Positions 28,146-36,900 of a stretch of DNA of 64,000 bases are shown here, piece after piece. Source of the stretch: an uncultured virus (IMG/VR IMGVR_UViG_3300031963_000084) (taxonomy: Duplodnaviria > Heunggongvirae > Uroviricota > Caudoviricetes); the IMG/VR virus record IMGVR_UViG_3300031963_000084; one strand, written 5' to 3'. Below the pieces are notes generated by a model. The model was given only the letters and a program-made list of their open reading frames with translations, did no database searches and was not told the origin of the DNA. Position 1 is the stretch's first letter; every line of letters begins with the position of its first letter. Both the position numbers and the translations under genes were made by a program.

Positions 28146-29339
28146 TTACAATAACCAAGTTAAACTTTCTTTTTTATCATTAACGGAAAATTCAAGTGTC
28201 TTTTGATAATCCGGTATAGAGCTAATTTCTCTAGGTAATATTACAGGACTTGTTACTTTGGATATTTTAGAAATCATAGCTTTATTATATGCAATTTGAT
28301 CGTTTCTAAGCCTCAAAGCAGTTTCACGAACCCATAATCCTATACCAATAGACATCACCAAATCGTCGTTATAACCTCTCATCGCTTCGGCTTTCGGTCC
28401 GTTCCAAATAAATACATTCAATTCTTCGTATAACCGTTTTGATTTGATTATAACTTGTTTTTGTCTAAAAAATAACTCTAAATTACTCACTATTAATGGT
28501 CTATTTTTACTCGTTGTTGTAAACCCAGCGACTAATTTTTTATCTTGCGCGTGTAATTTATTACTATAAGACTTTTCTACATCTACAATAGTAAGATCGG
28601 TTGCACTATAAAACGTATTCTGATAGTCTCTATCTATAATCTGTTGAAGAGTTCCCCATCCTACGTTGTTATTTTCTACAACTAACAATGCGTTATTATA
28701 TTCAGTAGCTACACTGACTAATAAATTACCGTAATCTTTAGTGGTTAGTTGACCTTTGTATTCAGCCACTTGTTCCATTGTTTCAATGTCAATAACATGA
28801 AATGCACTAAAATCTCCACCATCTCCTCTAGCACAATCCGCCGTCAATATGTAGTTTTTGCTGTAATTTGGATAATCCCAGATCCATAAATCTTGATTGT
28901 TACCACGTTTTTCTATAGGATCTTTTAAATATGTTTGTTTGTAAAACTCAAGAACATCTACACTAACAACTTGATTACCAGAAGTAGAAAAATCACAATT
29001 ATGTGAAACAATTCCATCTACATTAAAAATATTACCACCTGATACATTTACTATATCATACAAATCAATCGTGTTTTCAAATTTTTCTATTGATACAACA
29101 ACCACCTCTATACCATCAACTCCTGATATTTTTGATCCAATACTGATATCATGAGATCGAACCTCGACGTTGTTGTAAATAAATGAATGATTATCCGAAC
29201 ATTTTATTATTTTTCCGTTACTCAATAAAATGGTATAATAACAATCTTTTTTTACTTTTCTGATTCCAAAAAAATCCTGATATCCAGTCGGAGTCAAAAT
29301 CTGAAATCTAGTATTTAGTTTAATTTTCGAATGATTCAT
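28146..29339 (-). CDS. terL: Large terminase C-terminal (nuclease) half preceded by the 114-aa C-part of a split intein
   Basis: Intein block B-like 'KCSDNHSF', block F 'DLYDIVNV', C-terminal 'VSHN/C'; then the RNase-H-like nuclease 'ADCARGDGGDFS...VENN...NDDLVMS'. Confidence 0.92.
   Translation of the reverse strand: MNHSKIKLNTRFQILTPTGYQDFFGIRKVKKDCYYTILLSNGKIIKCSDNHSFIYNNVEVRSHDISIGSKISGVDGIEVVVVSIEKFENTIDLYDIVNVSGGNIFNVDGIVSHNCDFSTSGNQVVSVDVLEFYKQTYLKDPIEKRGNNQDLWIWDYPNYSKNYILTADCARGDGGDFSAFHVIDIETMEQVAEYKGQLTTKDYGNLLVSVATEYNNALLVVENNNVGWGTLQQIIDRDYQNTFYSATDLTIVDVEKSYSNKLHAQDKKLVAGFTTTSKNRPLIVSNLELFFRQKQVIIKSKRLYEELNVFIWNGPKAEAMRGYNDDLVMSIGIGLWVRETALRLRNDQIAYNKAMISKISKVTSPVILPREISSIPDYQKTLEFSVNDKKESLTWLL
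28998..29339 (-). mobile_element. Split intein, C-terminal fragment (IntC, 114 aa)
   Basis: Ends His-Asn, followed by Cys+1 at 28995-28997. Confidence 0.9.
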
Positions 29340-30094
29340 ATGTCAATCGTGAACAATTTACACCCTAATAAATTTTTAATTTCATTTTCTCGTTGGAAAT
29401 CTCGTTGTTTCAATTTACCATTTTTATAGTGTCTTTTTTCATATATTTCCAACACGACGTTATTTTTCTCATCATATGCATCCAACCAATAACCAAGTTC
29501 TTTAAGAAAAACCTCACCTCCGTTTTCAGCATGTCTAAATGTATATCCATGTTTATTACCAAATTCCTCTATCAGTTGTATTGATCTCTTGTTATAACGG
29601 GGTATAATTTGTCCTTTTGTTTCTGATAGATACTTTAACGCGGATACTCTCATTTTTTGTTTTGTTTCCGGAGTGTGTGATTTACCGGTCTGGGTTTTAT
29701 GATATTCAGGACATCTACGACAATATTTAGTCCATGTTATTTTTTTTCCACATTGACATTTCAATTTTATTAAATCGTAGTTATGTTCAACAATAAAACG
29801 AATTCGGTACGAAAAACTATACCATCCCTTGTAACTTTGTTGTTGTTTAAATGATTTTTCTAGAATCTCCGTATGAAAAAGAATAGATTTGTATAATTTT
29901 GGATTTTGTTTCATCAAAGTTCTATTCTTTGCACGACCAAATAAAAATTTATAATAATCGTTTTTTAACAATTCGGATTTTGTTTCCTCGGTTGAATATA
30001 AATCTGTTTCACAACTTAATTGTTGTTTGATTTTATTCCATCCTATAGATGCATAATTTTTAGGCATATGCGTATGAGTCGCAATCACATTCAT
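29336..30094 (-). CDS. Free-standing homing endonuclease between the terminase halves (Zn-binding + NUMOD3 + PD-(D/E)xK/Vsr-like); true start may be MPKNY at 30067
   Basis: 'CQCG...CRRC', NUMOD3 'GKSHTPETKQKMR', nuclease 'YWLDAYDEKNNVVLEIYEKRH...RDFQRENEI'; stop overlaps the IntC start (ATGA). Confidence 0.8.
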   Translation of the reverse strand: MNVIATHTHMPKNYASIGWNKIKQQLSCETDLYSTEETKSELLKNDYYKFLFGRAKNRTLMKQNPKLYKSILFHTEILEKSFKQQQSYKGWYSFSYRIRFIVEHNYDLIKLKCQCGKKITWTKYCRRCPEYHKTQTGKSHTPETKQKMRVSALKYLSETKGQIIPRYNKRSIQLIEEFGNKHGYTFRHAENGGEVFLKELGYWLDAYDEKNNVVLEIYEKRHYKNGKLKQRDFQRENEIKNLLGCKLFTIDI

Positions 30095-30097
30095 GTA

Positions 30098-30943
30098 TTA
30101 TACATATAATTGTAAATCCCCAGAATATAACTTTTCCAAAGAAATATCAAATTCTTTTCCAGACAATTTATCTTTAACTCTAACAACAGAGTCTCCCCAT
30201 AGACAATCACATTCTTGTGCGGCTCCTTTCACACCCGACAATTCTGTTTGTTTATCTCTCCAAGTCTGGTCTCTTTCTGGATGTAAATGCCATGGCAATC
30301 GTATAGTCTTGAAGTTATTTTTACCTTCTTCAGCTTCAACCCAAGTTTTATGGAAGAAGTTACCAACGCCGTTGGGAGTACTTAATATAATAGCTCTACC
30401 ACCGGTAGATAATGTATATTGAGCAGACAGCCAAATTTCCTCAATACCATCGATAAATGCAGCTTCGTCAATAATTAGTAATGATAGAGCTGATGAACGA
30501 CCTGCGGTACCGGCAGATGATACCGCTTTGATTTGAGATCCATTCTTCAATCGTAATGATAATCTATTGTCTTCTACACAAGGAACTTTCAACCAACTTG
30601 GAAGATTATCATTTGCAAATCTTACTTTGGTAACGATTTCTTTTGCGGTTTCTTGAGTAATACTAATACAAAGAATATTCTTATCATTGTGGAACGTCAT
30701 TAACCACAAACTATATGCGGCGGTAAGAGTACTAATACCCATCTGACGACTTTTAAGAACAATGTTTAATTGATTATCAACAAACTCTTCCAAAGCCTCT
30801 TCTTGAAATGGGTATAGTTCAAATCCAACTGTTCCTCTTATAGGATGTTGAATCTTAACGTACTTTTTCATGAAGTATATAGGATCTTCTATACACTTCT
30901 TATACTCACTTTTTATTATTTCTCTGAGATTTTGCTGACTCAT
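30098..30943 (-). CDS. terL: Large terminase N-terminal (ATPase) half fused to the 35-aa N-part of a split intein
   Basis: Walker A 'KSRQMGIST', Walker B 'LLIIDEAAF', 'STPNG'; ends AQECD|CLWGDSVVRV...LEKLY. Confidence 0.92.
   Translation of the reverse strand: MSQQNLREIIKSEYKKCIEDPIYFMKKYVKIQHPIRGTVGFELYPFQEEALEEFVDNQLNIVLKSRQMGISTLTAAYSLWLMTFHNDKNILCISITQETAKEIVTKVRFANDNLPSWLKVPCVEDNRLSLRLKNGSQIKAVSSAGTAGRSSALSLLIIDEAAFIDGIEEIWLSAQYTLSTGGRAIILSTPNGVGNFFHKTWVEAEEGKNNFKTIRLPWHLHPERDQTWRDKQTELSGVKGAAQECDCLWGDSVVRVKDKLSGKEFDISLEKLYSGDLQLYV
30101..30205 (-). mobile_element. Split intein, N-terminal fragment (IntN, 35 aa)
   Basis: Block A 'CLWGDSVVRVKD...ISLEKLY' followed by a stop codon. Confidence 0.88.
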
Positions 30944-31547
30944 ATTGTTCTTCGTACTCTTTTATTTTGGCATTTAGTTCTTCTAAACGTTTATAGAGTA
31001 ACTCCAAATCTTTATTTAAATCTTCTAGTATTTTATTATAATCTTGAATACCTTCCCATCGTTCAAAAGAACCATCTTCTTCTAAAAATTCAACTGGTTT
31101 ACCTTGATTTTCTTCACAAAATTTTTTGCTTTCTTCAAATTTTTTCTTATAGTCTTCTAAAATACTACGTTCATTCTTCAAATCTTGAAGTTCGTTGTAA
31201 ATTTCAAACATACCAATCAATTTCAGATTGGTTTGAAAATTAATATAACAATCGTAACACATGCCCGTTTTTGGCCATACACGATCATCTAAATAATTCC
31301 CCCACCGAACATCCATATTACATTCTTTACAACGTTGTTCGTTGATAATTTTAGCTTTCTTTGGAACTCTACGTTTTACACCATTTTTCCAAATCCACTT
31401 TCTACCTTGTGAGTCTTCCCACTCTTCACCTTCTTTGCGTTTATTATTGTTTAAATTGGGATCGTAACCAAACTGTACAAATGGACGGTTGCCTTCGACG
31501 TAATCTTTTACAATTGATAGATTACTTTTACCTGATGCTTTTTTCAT
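30906..31547 (-). CDS. Hypothetical Zn-binding coiled-coil protein upstream of the terminase
   Basis: CKEC...CYDC and a C-terminal coiled coil; overlaps the terminase start. Confidence 0.65.
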   Translation of the reverse strand: MKKASGKSNLSIVKDYVEGNRPFVQFGYDPNLNNNKRKEGEEWEDSQGRKWIWKNGVKRRVPKKAKIINEQRCKECNMDVRWGNYLDDRVWPKTGMCYDCYINFQTNLKLIGMFEIYNELQDLKNERSILEDYKKKFEESKKFCEENQGKPVEFLEEDGSFERWEGIQDYNKILEDLNKDLELLYKRLEELNAKIKEYEEQYESAKSQRNNKK

Positions 31548-31565
31548 AACAAATACGTATTTATT

Positions 31566-32600
31566 TTATTTCTTAAACTTACTTCCGAGACCTTTTATAA
31601 TAAAACTTCCTGTAATTTTAAATGGGTTAGAACTAATACTGGTATCTCTTACAACTATACCTTCATGTTTATCTAGATCTCCGATTTCACTTGTAGCATT
31701 TTTTAATATTTCATCGCCTAATTTAATCGTAGTTAAATAAACAATTGTATCACTTACCACTTTATTTAAATCTTGCCCAGCAAAATTTTGACTAATATTT
31801 CTACTTTCAACCGCTTTCAAAAATTGTTCTCTTGTAATTAGTGGAGTTGTAAACTTCAAACCTTTCAACCAATCCTTCAAAGACTTAGTTACAGCTTCAC
31901 CCGTTGGATACAATGTAACTGGTTGAGTTAAAACACTTGCTAGTTTTGGTTCTGATTTGAAAGTAGTATCAACACTACCCAGCACCTTAAATCCATACTT
32001 CATAGCAATCTTATTTAATTTATTTATATAAGATTGCATCGCTATTTTGTCATATGGAATTTCACTGGCTACTCTCGATTTAACACTTCCATCTTTACCA
32101 AATGTTTTTGGCTTAATTTCTTTCAATCCGTGAATAGCTAAAAAGTTTCCTATTTCGCCATAACCCAAAACATTGGTTTGTCCTTCTACATATTCTATAT
32201 TAAACAATATATTTGGATTATCTAACAATCCTAATTTTTTTAATTCTGATTTTGTACTAGGAATTGATTCATCAAAAATATTAATTACTTTGGTACCAAT
32301 ATTTATAAATCCGTGGCCTGGTTCAAATCGACTAGGCAAGTCTTCTGGTCGCATTCCTTTGATATCAAGTGGTTTTGCGCTACCACGATCCATCACAAAT
32401 TGTCCATTTACCAAACGAATACTAGCATTTACACCATCTATTTTAACACTGCCAGCGCCTTGTTTTAATGACTTTACAGATTTAGAAAATACATCCACTA
32501 ATTTAGCTCCTGTATTTACAAAATCAAATGGATGTGCCATATGGCCTCCAGCGCCGCCTTCTTGTATTACTTCGTTTAATATATTATTCAGCTTTATCAT
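31566..32600 (-). CDS. Putative covalent nucleotidyltransferase (RNA/DNA-ligase-like fold)
   Basis: Motif I-like 'VKIDGVN', III-like 'NIEYV', IV-like 'EGIVV', V-like 'FKITG'. Confidence 0.55.
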   Translation of the reverse strand: MIKLNNILNEVIQEGGAGGHMAHPFDFVNTGAKLVDVFSKSVKSLKQGAGSVKIDGVNASIRLVNGQFVMDRGSAKPLDIKGMRPEDLPSRFEPGHGFINIGTKVINIFDESIPSTKSELKKLGLLDNPNILFNIEYVEGQTNVLGYGEIGNFLAIHGLKEIKPKTFGKDGSVKSRVASEIPYDKIAMQSYINKLNKIAMKYGFKVLGSVDTTFKSEPKLASVLTQPVTLYPTGEAVTKSLKDWLKGLKFTTPLITREQFLKAVESRNISQNFAGQDLNKVVSDTIVYLTTIKLGDEILKNATSEIGDLDKHEGIVVRDTSISSNPFKITGSFIIKGLGSKFKK

Positions 32601-33369
32601 ATGGTTTTAAAAATGTTTTATCAAACACTCTAACTGCTTTATCATAAGAACGTTTAGTTTCGTCTGTATCATCTTGTGTAAATTGCCAATTCCAGAACAA
32701 TACATCTGATGTTTTGAATTGGTAATAATCGCCTAATACTGCTCTTTGAGTTTCAACAACTTGTTTACCGTGCCAATTTTGTCCAACTGCAATAAATCCA
32801 GCTTCAATGTCTTTTACAACATTCTTTTCTCCAAGAGTAGAGTGTCTGTTTTCAATCCAAGTTAAACGTTCAATGAGTTTTTGATAATAACCATTAGCTT
32901 GACCCCATCTAACACTAGCAAAAAATACTACACAATCACTTTCAAACAGTTCTTTGGTAATCTTCCAAAGTTCATCCCCTTTTTCATTAAGACTTGCCCA
33001 ACAACGATGATATCCACTTGGATTCTTTTCTTTATCTTTTAATAATGCTTTTGCAACGCCACAATGATTTCCGTCGTATTTTAAGTTGCTACTAACATTG
33101 CCTTCACACGGAGCTATATTTAAACTGGGTACTTCAATCAATGTGACTTTTTCTTTACCCAATAATTCTTGTATTTTAATTGCTAATTGAGTACTCTTTG
33201 GAACATCGTCTTTGTGTTGACTCCATCTATTACTGGTAGTTAACAATAGTACTTTGTTCTTGGTACGTAAATAATCTATTGTTTTTTTGTATTTACGAGC
33301 ATAAAGATCCATATCTTGCTCGCTTTGAGGAAGTTTGGCTTCTAACAATAGATCGGTTAAACTAATCAT
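32584..33369 (-). CDS. Flavodoxin-like / NAD(P)H-dependent FMN reductase (WrbA/Isf-type)
   Basis: 'VLLLTTSNR...KSTQLA', 'LNIAPCEG', 'LFESDCVVFFASVRWGQANGYYQKLIERL'. Confidence 0.7.
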   Translation of the reverse strand: MISLTDLLLEAKLPQSEQDMDLYARKYKKTIDYLRTKNKVLLLTTSNRWSQHKDDVPKSTQLAIKIQELLGKEKVTLIEVPSLNIAPCEGNVSSNLKYDGNHCGVAKALLKDKEKNPSGYHRCWASLNEKGDELWKITKELFESDCVVFFASVRWGQANGYYQKLIERLTWIENRHSTLGEKNVVKDIEAGFIAVGQNWHGKQVVETQRAVLGDYYQFKTSDVLFWNWQFTQDDTDETKRSYDKAVRVFDKTFLKPYDKAE

Positions 33370-33668
33370 TTTAAAAGATTTTCCAACTCTTTTTGAAAAG
33401 TCATTCCTCTAATAACTTCAGGTGTACCTCCGTTATCTCTATTAAAATAACGTTTATAATTATTTAATGCTATTTTTAACTTTTCTTTATCCAGTGGCTC
33501 TTTTGACAAAATATCTTTTATCGTTTTTAAATTGTTAACAACAAGAACGTTTGTGTCATTTATCACTTGATCTATTAACGAAGAATCTTTTAACAATTGT
33601 TCTTTAACTAAATGATTTGTGTCATTTTCTTGTTTGGCCGTAGCAAGTATAGATTTTAACCGTATCAT
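33366..33668 (-). CDS. Hypothetical protein (100 aa; start re-called to MIRLKSIL)
   Basis: TATTTATA 4 nt before the ATG at 33668. Confidence 0.6.
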   Translation of the reverse strand: MIRLKSILATAKQENDTNHLVKEQLLKDSSLIDQVINDTNVLVVNNLKTIKDILSKEPLDKEKLKIALNNYKRYFNRDNGGTPEVIRGMTFQKELENLLK

Positions 33669-33684
33669 ATTATATAAATATGTA

Positions 33685-33889
33685 TTAATTACGTTTCCAT
33701 TCAAATTTCATATGTCCACAGTCCCATATTCTATCATAACCATTAATTTGCATATTTTGCCATTCACTTAAATTAATATCAAATTTTTCAAGTTTTTCTT
33801 TCAATTGGTACTCCTTTGTTTTTATGAAAATAGTGATATCCAGACGTAGTGTTATCTACAAATGACATACCAATTTGTTTATATAAATT
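33685..33889 (-). pseudogene. C-terminal remnant of a Hef-like homing endonuclease-associated gene
   Basis: Two frames read NLYKQIGMSFVDNTTSGYHYF...PIER and LKEKLEKFDINLSEWQNMQINGYDRIWDCGHMKFEWKRN*; the N-terminal part is missing. Confidence 0.7.
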
Positions 33890-33946
33890 AATACAGAGTT
33901 AATATGATATTTAATAAATATTAACCGACTAACCAAAAAATTAAAA

Positions 33947-33980
33947 CAAAAACCTCGCTTATTTCTAAGCGAGGTTTTGT
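33947..33980 (-). terminator. Intrinsic terminator after the tail sheath gene
   Basis: AAAACCTCGCTTA-TTTC-TAAGCGAGGTTTT (GAAA loop on the minus strand) followed by a T-rich tract. Confidence 0.85.
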
Positions 33981-33993
33981 GAATTATTTATTA

Positions 33994-36900
33994 TCAAACA
34001 TTAAAACTAGCCCCTCCTGTAGGAAGTATGTTGAAATCGAGTATAATAAATTCAGCAGTACGAGTTGGTTGAATATAGATTTGACCATATAGAATATTTC
34101 TATCTATCAAATCGGGTGTATTATTAGTTTCATCCATCTTGACTTGGAATGCGTAAATACCGTTACGTTGTTGTACAGATTCCAAATATGGAGTTACGAT
34201 ACTCAAGAATCTGTTACGTGTAGCAGCTACGTTTTGTTCGAATACCAAGTAGTTGCTTGAGCTCGCGATAAACTTCTTCAAGTTGATCAACAAACGACGT
34301 ACATTGATACGATCCAAAGCACTTGGAGCGATTTGAAGAGTCTTTTGACCCCATACACAGATACCCTGGCCAGGGAATGCTGCGATTGGATTTACACGAC
34401 CTTCATAGAGTGTATCACGTTCGCTGTGTGTTACTCTATCAAGTACTTGTACTGCTTGAGGAATACCACCACGGTTTAAACCGGCTGGAGCGTACCATTC
34501 AGCGGCAGCATTATCATTAGCAGCATAAACCGCTGGTAATACAACTGAAGGTGGTACACTAATAATCTTATTGGTATTGGTATCTAGGATCTTAACCCAC
34601 GGATAATAAGTACCTACATAATTACTATCAACTGTAGCTACAGTATTTACTGCTGCATCAATCAATCCTACGGTTTGATTGCTTGCTGGGAACACCACAT
34701 TATCCATGATATAGAAACAATCTTGGCGAGTTTCACACATATCAATTACCAATTCGGTAACATAACTGTGCATCTCACGGAAGATACCAGGTAATACAAT
34801 CAAGTTGATATCAAATTCATCGGCATTACCTAGAGCAGCAATACATTGTTTATAAGCAATACTACCTGGACTGTTGATATTTGTACAGTCTAGACCTTGT
34901 GTATTACCTGGCGTAATAGCACTACCTACGTTGATAGGAATTGCTGGCCATTGACCATCAAATCCACCTTGGAAACCAACAACGAACTTACGTAGTTTAA
35001 CATACGTACTTTCATTAACGGCGTCATAGGTACTTGGAATACTACCACTTAAACTTGGTGCTAATAAAGAACCTGTACTTGCAGAAGTACCTTGAGCATA
35101 GTATTTAGCAGTACTTGTTCCCCAAACTTTATCTTCTAGATCAAAGTCTATATTTAGACCATTTGAATCTGTATTGCCGTAGTAAGGTAGTGGATTAAAG
35201 TATTGGTGTGTATTATTTTCTACACCGACACCAAATGATGATGTAGGATATAGAGATTGAATTTCATCGTCCGTTTGTGGTACACCTCCAAACACTGTAC
35301 CAGAAGGATATTTACCTGGAGCTAAACCATAGATACTTGCCTTACTATATTGAATGTAAGGAACATAAATACTAGCTGTACTATCAATCGGAGTACTATA
35401 TGATTCAAATCCGTATGGTACTGAACTAACCGGATATGAAGTATCGGCCATTTCAATTCTAATATATCTGCTTAAGTTAACAAAATCTCCAAATTGAATG
35501 ATTTTACCAGCGTAGGTAATATAAGCATATCTATCGCCTACTTTACGTGCTACATAGTTTGCTGATTCTGGATCCAAATTACAATTTTGGAAAATTTCAA
35601 GATACTTAGGCTTCTTATCGGTATCACTATAAGCACGTACTGCTAATGTGAAACTGCCCCAATCGCTGCCAGGTACGGTACCTGCTAATTTAACATTACT
35701 AATTTCAATCTTAAATTTTTTATTACTTAATGTACCGTCGCTCAAAGTATGTACTCTGAATAATTGGAATTTTGTTGGTTCCGGAGATTCAGCCGCACTA
35801 CCTTTAAATGGAGCTATCTTCTGTGAATAGATCCAAGGAGTAGTTGCGTTGGTGATACTGAATTGACTATCACCGGCGTTTAAATTTGTACTATATTGAT
35901 CTACAAATTTAAGTGGTTCACCCACAATTGTACTTCCGGATATACTATTTGTACCAACTTGCAATTTCCAACCCAAATTACTGGTTTTTTCAGCAACGAA
36001 CTTCTTGATACTATCTTCAAATAGAACGTAGTTGTAAGCAGCTTCAACTTTTTGACCAGCAATTTGTTTATCAGGATTACCAACTGTTGGATCAACTCCA
36101 AATACGTCTTTAATATAGTTATTATCATTTTCATTTAGACTGAAATCGTAATATCCGTATGTACCAGAAGAAACGCTGCCATTTGGATTTGTAAAGTTAT
36201 ATCTTAAAGCCAAATTATAAACGTTTTCGTTTGGATTGATCAAATTCTTATATGGGAATGTTGAACTAGTTAGTTGTGATAATGTAGTGTTATTGAATCC
36301 ATATACCTCGTAATCACTGCTAAATTGAGCAGAAGCATTTTGAGTGTTAGCCAATACTGCCAAAATCATATTTTGACGACCTGAAGTATTTGGATTACAT
36401 GGGTCATTACTATTTGTTCCGTCTGGCGTAAATGTTCCTGTATATTTACCATAATTACCGCTAATTACACCTTTTAACTGTAAACCAGCAACGCATGTTC
36501 CTGATCCACGAACAGAAGCAACACTACCGCTTAGTAATTGAACGTTTCCACTAGAAACATTTAACACGTCTCTATTATATCCAATACTAGTATCGTTAAA
36601 ATAAGAACTACTAAATAATACACTTGTAGCAGTACTTTCAGCGAACGCTGTAGAAATTGCAGTTTCTGCACTTACATCTTGTGCTTGTACACTTGAAGTT
36701 AAATAATAATATGGATATTGTGCATTCGATGGAGCGCCTTTCTTGGTAAATAAAATAGGACCGATTCCGCCTATATTTAATTGTTGGTCAGCGTATAAAA
36801 CACTGCCACTTAATGTTCCTGTGCCATCAGTCGATCCAGCATTTACTAAACTTGTAGCTGCTACGGATCCAAATTTCACATTGATTGAACCGCTAAGAGA

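Noticed and set aside
28146..30943. Terminase as a pseudogene or as interrupted by a group I intron
   Set aside because: Both halves keep catalytic motifs and end/start with intein blocks, and there is almost no non-coding space for a ribozyme core.
30906..31547. Calling this gene the small terminase subunit
   Set aside because: Only its position supports this; no gp16-like motif was recognised.
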